A stretch of DNA of 64,000 nucleotides, taken from contig JAAYUI010000012.1 in NCBI GenBank assembly GCA_012517765.1, positions 17,180 to 81,179 on the forward strand, in the 5' to 3' direction. Shown one piece after another: positions 19,547 through 28,157 of this stretch (positions are counted from its first letter, which is position 1; each line of letters begins with the position of its first letter). A program made the position numbers and the translations under genes. The notes beneath the pieces were generated by a model, which was not told where the DNA came from, made no database searches, and saw nothing but the letters and a program-made list of their open reading frames with translations. This stretch comes from Caldisericales bacterium. GTDB lineage: Bacteria > Caldisericota > Caldisericia > JAAYUI01.

Positions 19547-21852
19547 TACTTCGGTTGCACCTCGACCCTATATTCCTTGATTGGATAACCCTGCTGGTCA
19601 GTTATTTCAGAATTTCTCGGGAAAATCTCCTTTGACAGGCCTTTTGACATCATGGCCCTCACCCAGAAATTGAATGGTTTAGGTTCCTGCGGAGACACCT
19701 TGATCATTACCTTTCTTGTCACGCCACTGCCCCAAGAATTCCACCTGACAATGGCAACAGGATGAATTGTTCTCATTTGCTGGCCATCTCTGTGGTCTAT
19801 GAAGGATCCCGGATAATAGACATAGGCAAACGATGGATACTGGGCCCCAGTATCCGGATCGATTTCAATTACTGCGCCTTCCGGACAGGATATTGCTACT
19901 TCTGAAAGATTGGCATCAGAACCATCATTTCTCACATATACACTCAAGACAAAACTCTCACCAGTCTTTGGAACCTGCGGCCAGTGCTCTATCTGATAAA
20001 CAAAGGGCAATGGTCCTTTATCATCAAGATAAAGTGTTGGCGCGTTTGTGGTCACGCCAGCAAAGATTGTGACCCTTGCTTCGGCGCTCCTGTATGACTG
20101 ATGAGTGGCCATGACCACCTGTTCACCTTCGCCAAGCCCATCGATCCTGTATTTTCCATAAACATCTGTCTTCGTCAGATGTCCAGCGCAAGACACTTCT
20201 GCATCGACAATTGGCCCATTGGTTATCCTGTTAAGTACAAAACCCTCCAGAACACCAGAAGATTTAGTTACAACAAACTTTCCCACATATTCAGATTCCA
20301 GTCCGTCAAGGTCTGTGAGTGTAACAGACCATGCGTGCTCACCAACCGGAAGCGGGCCAATGGTAGGCGTTATATAGTCGATAATCATCATTCCACCCAT
20401 TGATACATCAACATGTTTGGCAAAATCGACATAAGCACAGAGATTTTTGATTCCCCTGTCATCCTGGGCCCTCACCTGCAGCTGAAAACTCTGGTAATTT
20501 GAATATGGTGATTGTGGGTGCATAATGACTTGCAGGAAGCTTGGTGGTTGTTCCCTTCCCCATACCCTGTACCAGATTTCTTTTGTTTCCTCATAATATG
20601 GCCAGGTCATCCTGAACTTCAGTCTGTGCCAGCCAGGAGCATCAGTTGGAAGAGGCATTTTTTCCAGAATGATTGTCTCCGATGTTATCTGGAGCATCTG
20701 CTCATAATCGCGATATGGAAGATCATCTATCATCCAGACACCAACCACTTTGATGGTGCCTTTTCCACCAACCTTGATTCCAAGTTCTGCAACAAGCGGC
20801 GAGTTTTGAGTGACAGTAGTCCCGTCGCCCGGGTAGATTATGCCAGGCCATACCCATGATTCCCCAACAACCCTGAAAGTTGTCGTATTGGAAAACAACT
20901 CCACTGGAGACACAAGCTTGAACTGGACAGTATGCGGACCTGCGGACTGGGCAGGTATGATCATTTCATAAGTGAATTCACCAGGGCCAATAACAATTTT
21001 CTCAAGCTTGTCTTGCGCTTTTCCATTAACAAGAAGATACCCAAGCAGGTTGAAAGAACCAGTCTGAACAACGTTTATTTTTATCTTGACCTTCGTTGTT
21101 CCATCAATTGAAACTGTTGTATTCTGGATGACCAGGTCAAGCACAGCCGATATGGAATCCTTCTGGGAAACCGTATATTTTATGGGTACTGATTTGTAAG
21201 TCATTGGAAAATCAACAACAAGCTCGACAGTGTGGCCACCAAGAATATTTGTTGGAAGTACCCGGGACACTTTTGCAACTGCCTGCCATGCAACCTGCAT
21301 TTTTTGGGTGAAGGGATGGTTGACTCCATCAACAATCCATTTGCCAGAAATCTCATATGTTCCTTGACCTTTTAGTAGTATTTCTGTTTTTGCCTCAAGA
21401 AAGTCACCCTGGCTTACAATTTGGCCATTTACCGGTGAAATGATTTTTATTCCAGAGGTATCTTGTTTCGGCGGATTGACAGTATAAGTGGTCAAGGAAG
21501 TTTTTGACTCATTCGGAGATATAAGTTCAAAATAGATCTCGTGGCTGCCACTAAGAGATGTTGGCAGAAAGGTTTCAAAAACTATTGGCTCTGGTGATGG
21601 TGCCATGAGGGTCTTGAAATAGGTCGGCCCCTCCTGACCATCTACAATGAAACGCCCCCAGATGGCAGTTTTGCCCTCTCCAGTGAGAATGAACCTCACT
21701 CTGCCCACCAAATTTCCAAAGGCATCAACGGTGGGGTTGCCTACGGGTGCTTCCAGGGTGACTGTGCAGTGTGGTGGTTCCACAGAAGACGCTGAAAATA
21801 CCGGAAAGCTCAAAGAAAGCATGACCACAAGTGCAAAGGCAATACGCTTCAT
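19546..21852 (-). CDS. Secreted protein with four tandem ~100-aa Ig-like repeats and a carboxypeptidase-regulatory-like domain
   Basis: 768 aa. Signal peptide MKRIAFALVVMLSLSFPVFSA, with GGAGG SD 6 nt upstream. Internal repeats: GRFIVDGQ..HEIYFELISP..TTYTV, GKWIVDGV..HTVELVVDFP..IKYTV, GYLLVNGK..HTVQFKLVSP..TTFRV, GVWMIDDL..HRLKFRMTWP..IWYRV. CarboxypepD_reg-like: GVLEGFVLNRITNGPIVDAEVSCAGHLTKTDVYGKYRIDGL. Confidence 0.85.
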   Translation of the reverse strand: MKRIAFALVVMLSLSFPVFSASSVEPPHCTVTLEAPVGNPTVDAFGNLVGRVRFILTGEGKTAIWGRFIVDGQEGPTYFKTLMAPSPEPIVFETFLPTSLSGSHEIYFELISPNESKTSLTTYTVNPPKQDTSGIKIISPVNGQIVSQGDFLEAKTEILLKGQGTYEISGKWIVDGVNHPFTQKMQVAWQAVAKVSRVLPTNILGGHTVELVVDFPMTYKSVPIKYTVSQKDSISAVLDLVIQNTTVSIDGTTKVKIKINVVQTGSFNLLGYLLVNGKAQDKLEKIVIGPGEFTYEMIIPAQSAGPHTVQFKLVSPVELFSNTTTFRVVGESWVWPGIIYPGDGTTVTQNSPLVAELGIKVGGKGTIKVVGVWMIDDLPYRDYEQMLQITSETIILEKMPLPTDAPGWHRLKFRMTWPYYEETKEIWYRVWGREQPPSFLQVIMHPQSPYSNYQSFQLQVRAQDDRGIKNLCAYVDFAKHVDVSMGGMMIIDYITPTIGPLPVGEHAWSVTLTDLDGLESEYVGKFVVTKSSGVLEGFVLNRITNGPIVDAEVSCAGHLTKTDVYGKYRIDGLGEGEQVVMATHQSYRSAEARVTIFAGVTTNAPTLYLDDKGPLPFVYQIEHWPQVPKTGESFVLSVYVRNDGSDANLSEVAISCPEGAVIEIDPDTGAQYPSFAYVYYPGSFIDHRDGQQMRTIHPVAIVRWNSWGSGVTRKVMIKVSPQEPKPFNFWVRAMMSKGLSKEIFPRNSEITDQQGYPIKEYRVEVQPK

Positions 21853-22025
21853 CTAGACCTCCGAGAAACAATTTTATAGCAAGCCACCGCTCAATGCAAA
21901 TATTCAATGATGTTTCTAGCAGAAATAAAACCAAGTGACAAGCACAAAAAACAATCTGTCGGTTTTGGTCCTGTTGCCAGAAATACTATTTGGAAATATA
22001 TATTATAATCTGGATGGGAGTCGCA

Positions 22026-23756
22026 ATGAAAAAAAGGGTAGTCATAAGAAAATTGGGAGTTGAGCTGGACTTTACGCCCCCAGAGCCACCAAAAAGGCAT
22101 GGGTTTGTAGAGAACTTAAAACATCTGAAAAGGGTCCTTCCTTACGCCAGACCATTGCTCAAACATTTTATCTTACTTTCGCTTTTTTCCGTAATCTCGG
22201 CTGCATTTGGATTGATTCTGCCATTTGCGCCAAAGATAATTCTGGACAACGGGGTGGCAAAAGGCGATTTCGGCCTAATAGTCAACGTTTTGATGTTTAC
22301 ATTCTGGGCAAATCTCTTTTCAACGCTAGTTGGATGGTTCAACAGCATCTATTCAGAGTACCTTTCAAGTTACATAGCGTTCAAGACCCAGGTGGATTTT
22401 TACAGGAAACTCTCAAAGCTTGACGAGGAATATTTTGATTCCCAGAGGAGTGGCGATCTCATAAGCAGGTCAAGCGGCCTTGCAAACGGGATTGGATATA
22501 TCTCAAGCTCCCTAAATACCATGCTGACTCTTGTCGTAAGGATTCTCGCCATTCCGGCAGCGATTGCCGTGATGGACTGGCGAGTTGCTGCATTTGGATT
22601 TCCAACACTCATCTTCACTACAACAGCATGGTACTTTATCCAGAGGCTTCTTCGTTCATACCAGAAGGCCAGAATGGACGCATCAGGAAAACTCAGCTCA
22701 ACACAATATGATCTCGTATCATCACTCTCGGATTTGAGAATGTCGGGCCAGACGCGAAGGGCCATGATGTCATACATCAGGGAATATGTTTCAGTGTGGC
22801 GCATGGGTGTGGTCTCATCACTGGTCTCTTCGGGTTCTGGATTGGTTCAAAGCCTGGTACTCGCTGTAGTGTCGCTTCTGATAAGCATTTTTGGATGGGG
22901 GCAGGTCACATCAGGCGCATGGACACTGGGCAAAGTGTCTGCCATCACGATAGCTTTCGGTTACATAACATCACCACTCCAGACCATGTTCTCTCTCTGG
23001 GAAGGGCTTGTTGGAACATCAATATCAATACAGCGCTTTTTTGAGGTCTATGATGCCAAAGAGCTACCAAAAACAGGCAAAGAAAGGATTCCGGATGGAC
23101 CATACACAATTGGGTGCAGACGAATTATTTTTTCCTATGCCGAGGGCAAAGAAATACTGAAAGAGCTGGACATCCAGGCAAGACCTGGTGAAATAGTTGC
23201 AATAACCGGTGATTCTGGGGCAGGGAAAACTACACTGCTGAAAATCATTGCAGGGCTCCTGAGTCCAAAATCCGGGCATGTTGAAATAAACGGCGCCTTG
23301 CTGGAGGAGCTGGATGGGCAAGCCTGGAGAGGAAAGATAGGCTTTCTAAGCCAGCATCCATACTTCGGCCCTGGCAACCTGATTGAGAACATCACTTTCG
23401 GACGCGAGACAAGGAGTGATCCATTGGATATGATAAAACTTTGCAAGCTATCAGGGGTAGCCGAGCGACTTGGTGATGGTCCGTTGGGGGAGCGGGCAAG
23501 AAATATATCTGCCGGTGAGAAACAGAGGGTTGCACTGGCAAGAGTCATGCTTATGGACAGAGAGATACTCCTGCTGGACGAACCTCTGGCGCAGGTAGAC
23601 ATTCCAACGGCCAGGGAGATATTTGCAGAAATATCTCCCATGCTGAGGAAAGGAACCACGATCATCATAACACACAATCCAGTGCTGATAAAAATGGCAG
23701 ACAGAGTCTATTTCATCTACGATGGCAAGGCGTTCGAGGGAGGTCAAAATGTTTGA
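22026..23756 (+). CDS. ABC exporter, fused permease/ATPase (type I exporter half-transporter)
   Basis: A multi-TM N-terminal half is followed by an NBD with Walker A GDSGAGKTT, signature ISAGEKQRVALARV and Walker B ILLLDEP. ATG 22026 has GGGAG 5 nt upstream. The track ORF begins at an upstream TTG (21990). Confidence 0.9.
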   Translation: MKKRVVIRKLGVELDFTPPEPPKRHGFVENLKHLKRVLPYARPLLKHFILLSLFSVISAAFGLILPFAPKIILDNGVAKGDFGLIVNVLMFTFWANLFSTLVGWFNSIYSEYLSSYIAFKTQVDFYRKLSKLDEEYFDSQRSGDLISRSSGLANGIGYISSSLNTMLTLVVRILAIPAAIAVMDWRVAAFGFPTLIFTTTAWYFIQRLLRSYQKARMDASGKLSSTQYDLVSSLSDLRMSGQTRRAMMSYIREYVSVWRMGVVSSLVSSGSGLVQSLVLAVVSLLISIFGWGQVTSGAWTLGKVSAITIAFGYITSPLQTMFSLWEGLVGTSISIQRFFEVYDAKELPKTGKERIPDGPYTIGCRRIIFSYAEGKEILKELDIQARPGEIVAITGDSGAGKTTLLKIIAGLLSPKSGHVEINGALLEELDGQAWRGKIGFLSQHPYFGPGNLIENITFGRETRSDPLDMIKLCKLSGVAERLGDGPLGERARNISAGEKQRVALARVMLMDREILLLDEPLAQVDIPTAREIFAEISPMLRKGTTIIITHNPVLIKMADRVYFIYDGKAFEGGQNV

Positions 23757-23898
23757 ACAGAGATCAAAAATGCTCGATTTTTTCTTCAAGTTCTCGCTTG
23801 CCCTTTTGATTACGATAACACTGGCAATCGTCCTCTGGATGGTGGCTCTTGGAGGAACAAAATGGCTTTCGTACTGGGTGTCGCAAATTCTTAAATAA
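23749..23898 (+). CDS. 49-codon hydrophobic micro-ORF translationally coupled to the ABC exporter (small membrane protein or ABC-TMD remnant)
   Basis: It falls below the track's size cutoff. The ATG overlaps the ABC stop (AAATGTTTGA) and a strong SD GAGGGAGG lies 6-7 nt upstream. Product: MFEQRSKMLDFFFKFSLALLITITLAIVLWMVALGGTKWLSYWVSQILK, with one clear TM helix. Confidence 0.4.
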   Translation: MFEQRSKMLDFFFKFSLALLITITLAIVLWMVALGGTKWLSYWVSQILK

Positions 23899-23986
23899 CA
23901 AAATCAAAACCGCTGTCAAAATTTTGCTTGAAGTTTTGGGTCCAAAGTAATAACTTTGTTTTTACAAAGAAACTTCCGAGGTGGCA

Positions 23987-25360
23987 ATGAAAACATTTTT
24001 GACCGGTTTGACAAAAAGAAATGACTGCGACTACCTTGAAATAAGGATTGAGGACACCGACCACACTGGCATTTCCTATCAGGGACATGACCTTGATCAG
24101 GTCCAGAGAACAAAGGCCTTTGGTGGTGCAATAAGGGCACTCTACAAGGGTGGCTGGGGTTTTGTTTCCTTCAATTCGATTGACGAGCTGGAGTCCAAGG
24201 TTGAAGCAGCCGTGCAGATGGCGCGCACCATTGGCAACGTAATCAATGAAAAAAGCATGCTTGCGCCAACAAAGCCGATTGTCGACACAGTAAAGCTGGA
24301 CGTAAAAAATGATGCAAGGAGCGTATCGCTCGGGAAAAAAGTCGACCTGCTGAAGGGCTACACAGAATTGATGCTTTCTGTTTCACCACTGGTCAGGAAC
24401 ACCAGGGTATATTACAAAGATTCATATTCAAAACTCTACTTTGCCAATTCAGAAGGTGCCTACATTGAACAGGAAAAAATGGACATGGGCGCCAATTTTA
24501 TCGCAATGTCTGCAAAAGACGGGATATCACAAAATTACTTCATTGGTGTTGGCTCCAGTGATGACTTCAACGTTGTCCTAGGTCTTGACCAGAAAGTGCG
24601 CGAGGTCTCAGAAACAGCAGTCAAGCTGCTCGATTGCGAGCAGGTCAACAGTGGTGCCTACACTGTAATTCTTGACCCAATTCTCTCCGGCACATTCATC
24701 CATGAGGCATTTGGGCACCTCTCCGAGGGTGACAATGTTTACGAAAATCCCTCGCTTGCAGAGGTTATGACCATGGGCAGGCAATTTGGAAAACCAATCC
24801 TGAACGTCTATGATACCGGCCTAGACAAGGGAACAAGAGGATACCTCAAATATGATGACGAGGGAACCCCAACGGAGAAGACTTATCTCGTCAAGGAAGG
24901 TAAACTTGTCGGAAGGCTCCACAGCAGGGAGACGGCCGGTAAAATGGGCGAGAAAGCCACCGGATCGGCAAGGGCAATAAACTATAAATTTGCCCCGATT
25001 CCAAGAATGCGAAATACCTGTATTGAAATTGGCAACTCCTCGATGGACGAAATGTTGGACGGTATAAAAAACGGACTGCTTTGCCAGGGCGTCTTTGGTG
25101 GCCAGACAAACGGGGAAATGTTCACCTTCTCGTCAATGGTCACATACAAGATCGAAAATGGCAAGATTGGACAGATGTGCCAGGGAAGTGTGCTTCAGGG
25201 CAACGTCTTTGAGACACTTGGGGCAATCGACATGGTAGGCAAGGATTTCGTTCAGCCTGACAGTGCCGGTGGTTGTGGAAAGGGTGGCCAGATGCCGCTT
25301 CCAACATCGCACGGTTCGCCTTCCATCCGCATCCAGAAGATAGTTGTTTCGGGAAAATAG
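23987..25360 (+). CDS. tldD: TldD-family metalloprotease
   Basis: About 457 aa. FIHEAFGHLSEGD is the HExxxH motif typical of TldD. The C-terminal end reads GGCGKGGQ...PSIRI. GAGGTG lies upstream of ATG 23987 (the track starts at GTG 23981). Confidence 0.9.
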   Translation: MKTFLTGLTKRNDCDYLEIRIEDTDHTGISYQGHDLDQVQRTKAFGGAIRALYKGGWGFVSFNSIDELESKVEAAVQMARTIGNVINEKSMLAPTKPIVDTVKLDVKNDARSVSLGKKVDLLKGYTELMLSVSPLVRNTRVYYKDSYSKLYFANSEGAYIEQEKMDMGANFIAMSAKDGISQNYFIGVGSSDDFNVVLGLDQKVREVSETAVKLLDCEQVNSGAYTVILDPILSGTFIHEAFGHLSEGDNVYENPSLAEVMTMGRQFGKPILNVYDTGLDKGTRGYLKYDDEGTPTEKTYLVKEGKLVGRLHSRETAGKMGEKATGSARAINYKFAPIPRMRNTCIEIGNSSMDEMLDGIKNGLLCQGVFGGQTNGEMFTFSSMVTYKIENGKIGQMCQGSVLQGNVFETLGAIDMVGKDFVQPDSAGGCGKGGQMPLPTSHGSPSIRIQKIVVSGK

Positions 25361-25368
25361 GTGCAAAA

Positions 25369-26706
25369 ATGATAGAAAAAATTATTGAAGAGGCGAAAAA
25401 GCACTTCCAGAGCGTCGAGGTCATTCATTATAACAGGACAACAACACCAGTAAGCTTCGAAGCTGGCAGACTCAAGGGTGTTTCTGAAACACAAAGGGAA
25501 GGCTACTCAATGCGTGCCGTGAAAGACGGCAAACTGGCTTTCTCAACCACAACAAAACCAGGCGATGTTGAGGGACTAATAAAGCAGGCGCTTGAAACAA
25601 TACAGTATTCCCCGGCAATGGACTTCGATTTTTCATCACAAGCCAGTTTTGCATCTCCGGTCATAACAAGCAAGGAAACCAGAGAAATTACAGTCCAGCA
25701 GATGGTGGATATGGGCAAGGAAACCATTGTTGCAATTTCTGGTCTCCACCCAAAAGCCAGGGCGCACGCGGGTGTAACAAAAAGCCACTTCAAAACCGAA
25801 ATGGCAACAAACAACGGCTTTAATGGCTCTTATGAAAAGGACACCTTCTCATGGGGGTGTTACATAGACCTGACCGATGGCGACAACATGCTCAGCTGCG
25901 GTGAGGGTTTTGTTGGAATAAAAGACGAGGCCAGAAAAAAAGAAAAAATTGAAAAACTGATCCAGACTTTCAAACATGGCCAGAAAAACGTCAAGGCTGA
26001 AACCGGCAAATATCCCGTAATGTTCGCACCAAGCGCTTTCCTTCACGCTATCAACATTCTCCTTGCTTCTGTCGGAGGTAAAAGTGTGGAGAGGAAAGTC
26101 AGCCCCTGGACAGACAAGCTCGGGACCAAGGTGACCTCTGATGTTTTTTCTCTCATCGATGACGGAAGGATTGATTTCAGAAACCACTCCTGTCCTTATG
26201 ATGATGAAGGTACACCAACCCAGCGCACACCGCTCATAGAGAATGGAGTGCTCAAAAATTTCCTCCTGGACAAGAGGACTGCAAAAAAGCTTTCAATGAA
26301 ACCCACTGGCAACGCATTCAAGAAAAGTGGCATCTTCAATCCTCCACCAGAGATTGACAATGCTCCTGTGATATCCCAGTCAACAATATTTATGCAGCCA
26401 GGTGCCAAACCGCACAGTGATATCCTGAAAAACATCAAAAAGGGCTTCTATTTTGAGGAGCTCATCGGGACCATGATGGGCAACCCGCTTACAGGACAAC
26501 TCGCGGGAAATGTTGATCTTGGTTTCCTGGTGGAAAATGGCGAGATTGTCGGCAGGATAAAAGATGCCATGGTATCGGTCAATCTTTTTGAAGCATTAAA
26601 CAACAGCATAGCCGCGATAAGCTCGGATGTTGAAGTTTCGGGTTTTAATGGCGAGATGGTACTTCCATATATCCTTCTTGATAACTGCACCGTAGCCATT
26701 GGATGA
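25369..26706 (+). CDS. pmbA: PmbA/TldE-family protein (TldD partner)
   Basis: 445 aa from ATG 25369 (MIEKIIEEAKKHF). It is a TldD/PmbA-fold paralog without the HExxxH motif. The track start at 25273 would overlap tldD by 88 nt. Confidence 0.9.
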   Translation: MIEKIIEEAKKHFQSVEVIHYNRTTTPVSFEAGRLKGVSETQREGYSMRAVKDGKLAFSTTTKPGDVEGLIKQALETIQYSPAMDFDFSSQASFASPVITSKETREITVQQMVDMGKETIVAISGLHPKARAHAGVTKSHFKTEMATNNGFNGSYEKDTFSWGCYIDLTDGDNMLSCGEGFVGIKDEARKKEKIEKLIQTFKHGQKNVKAETGKYPVMFAPSAFLHAINILLASVGGKSVERKVSPWTDKLGTKVTSDVFSLIDDGRIDFRNHSCPYDDEGTPTQRTPLIENGVLKNFLLDKRTAKKLSMKPTGNAFKKSGIFNPPPEIDNAPVISQSTIFMQPGAKPHSDILKNIKKGFYFEELIGTMMGNPLTGQLAGNVDLGFLVENGEIVGRIKDAMVSVNLFEALNNSIAAISSDVEVSGFNGEMVLPYILLDNCTVAIG

Positions 26707-26714
26707 ACAGACAC

Positions 26715-26752
26715 GACCAAACCGGTAGGAAACAACCGGTTTGGTCTTTTTT
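26715..26752 (+). terminator. Rho-independent terminator after pmbA
   Basis: GACCAAACCGGT-aggaaaca-ACCGGTTTGGTC forms a 12-bp perfect stem and is followed by TTTTTT. Confidence 0.75.
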
Positions 26753-26783
26753 GTTATCTTGATTATTTTGAAACCACGCACAC

Positions 26784-27419
26784 ATGGGGGGCAACGTGAT
26801 TCAAATAACAAGCACAATTTTTGGCAACATCAACGGTGTCCAGTTTCAGGGAAACCATGGCGGTACAGCAAATACTGAAAATGGCACATCTTCATCCAGC
26901 ATTCAATTCACGGCCTTTCCTCTTGATTTCACGCCACTAGCTTGCAGGTCCTGGGCATGCAAACACCATCTTTCTGTTTGTATGGAGACCGGAGGTGCAA
27001 TCAACCTCCTCAATCTAGCCGGTGGCAATTATGATACCGAAGAAATTGTTTCATACCCAGGTGGAGGACAGATCACAACCACAAGCCAGGTCAGGCTTGC
27101 AAACCCCAGTCTAGAAACATGCCAGCAAGCTTTCAATGGCAACATTCAGATCACAAAAGAAATTTTACTACTGGAACCTTTTACGGAGATATTGACACCT
27201 GATGGGCCAGGCAGGGCCATAAAAGAAGGGTCAAGGAGGATAGTTTTTTCAGATGATTCGTCAATCATCATAACATGGACTGGCATTGTCATGTTTGTTG
27301 ACCAGTCACTGGAGCTCCCTTTTTCACAGGCAATCGATTACACTTACTTGAGTGCATTTTTTGACAGGCAAAACCTTCTTTTTACAAAAAAACTCGTGGC
27401 AGTAGCAAGGAGAACATGA
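26784..27419 (+). CDS. Hypothetical protein with Cys/His cluster
   Basis: 211 aa and the only long ORF in this interval. I saw no signal peptide and no recognisable family. It carries the cluster CRSWACKHHLSVC. The stop overlaps the next start (ATGA). Confidence 0.55.
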   Translation: MGGNVIQITSTIFGNINGVQFQGNHGGTANTENGTSSSSIQFTAFPLDFTPLACRSWACKHHLSVCMETGGAINLLNLAGGNYDTEEIVSYPGGGQITTTSQVRLANPSLETCQQAFNGNIQITKEILLLEPFTEILTPDGPGRAIKEGSRRIVFSDDSSIIITWTGIVMFVDQSLELPFSQAIDYTYLSAFFDRQNLLFTKKLVAVARRT

Positions 27420-27925
27420 CAGACAAGAACAGGGTGGCCATCGAAATAGTCCAATCAGGCAGATTAAACCAGGCAGAAAAAAGAAAACTGGTCGAAGGAA
27501 TAATCTCCCTGAACAGGCAATACCAGAAAATCATGCGTTCACACCTTGATATCCCAAAAAACCATGTGGATACAAATGAGGTAGACAAATATTTTTATGA
27601 TATGGCGCTGGATGATCCAAACAATCTATTTGTTGTAGCAAATGATAGCGACTCAATCATAGGGTATGCTTATGGCGAAATCTGCCATAGATACGATGAT
27701 CTTGTTTCACCACCATTCATAATGATGAATGAAATTGCAATTGATGAAAACTGCTGCAAAAACAAAATCAGACAGGCATTGATGGGTAAAATTGAGGAAA
27801 CTGCAAAAAACAGAAAAATAAGGCAAATAATTATGGATGTCCATGAGTTCAATAAAGAATCCATAGAAGCTTGCGAGCTGCTGGGTTTTAAAACGCTAAT
27901 CAGAAAAATGATTAAAACAATTTAA
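27416..27925 (+). CDS. GNAT-fold acetyltransferase-like protein (degenerate acetyl-CoA loop)
   Basis: 169 aa. IIGYAYGEI..FIMMNEIAIDENCCKNKIRQALMGKIEETAKNRKIRQIIMDVHEFNKESIEACELLGF follows GNAT beta4-alpha3-beta5-alpha4 topology. The usual Q/RxxGxG/A loop reads CKNKIR. Confidence 0.55.
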   Translation: MTDKNRVAIEIVQSGRLNQAEKRKLVEGIISLNRQYQKIMRSHLDIPKNHVDTNEVDKYFYDMALDDPNNLFVVANDSDSIIGYAYGEICHRYDDLVSPPFIMMNEIAIDENCCKNKIRQALMGKIEETAKNRKIRQIIMDVHEFNKESIEACELLGFKTLIRKMIKTI

Positions 27926-28097
27926 TGGAATCTCTTTTGGTGTTCGCATTTTTCCCAAAAATTATATTAATTATTAAAAATTAATCATATTAGTGTTAAA
28001 ATTTAGAATATATTTACTTATAGTTTAAAATTTGGCAATACTGAAGAAAATGAGAATATTTCTCTCAGAAACTACGAAAATATAGTAATTCAACCCA

Positions 28098-28125
28098 TTG
28101 ACTATTGGTATCTATCCCATAAAAT
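28098..28125 (+). promoter_or_regulatory. Sigma70-like promoter for the giant propeller/DUF11 gene
   Basis: TTGACT-N16-TAAAAT ends 32 nt before ATG 28158, and SD GAGGTG lies between. It sits within a 232-nt AT-rich spacer. Confidence 0.4.
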
Positions 28126-28157
28126 GGCAACGGCTGTTTATTCTGTAGAGGTGAAAA

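Noticed and set aside
25273-25368. Long N-terminal extensions offered by the track: pmbA from 25273, adh from 8986, mltG from 46921, bactofilin from 61197, the P-loop gene from 38827, and the lipoproteins from 40868 and 41445.
   Set aside because: The extensions overlap upstream genes by 50-90 nt or start at non-ATG codons. Internal ATGs with an SD give canonical N-termini or signal peptides.
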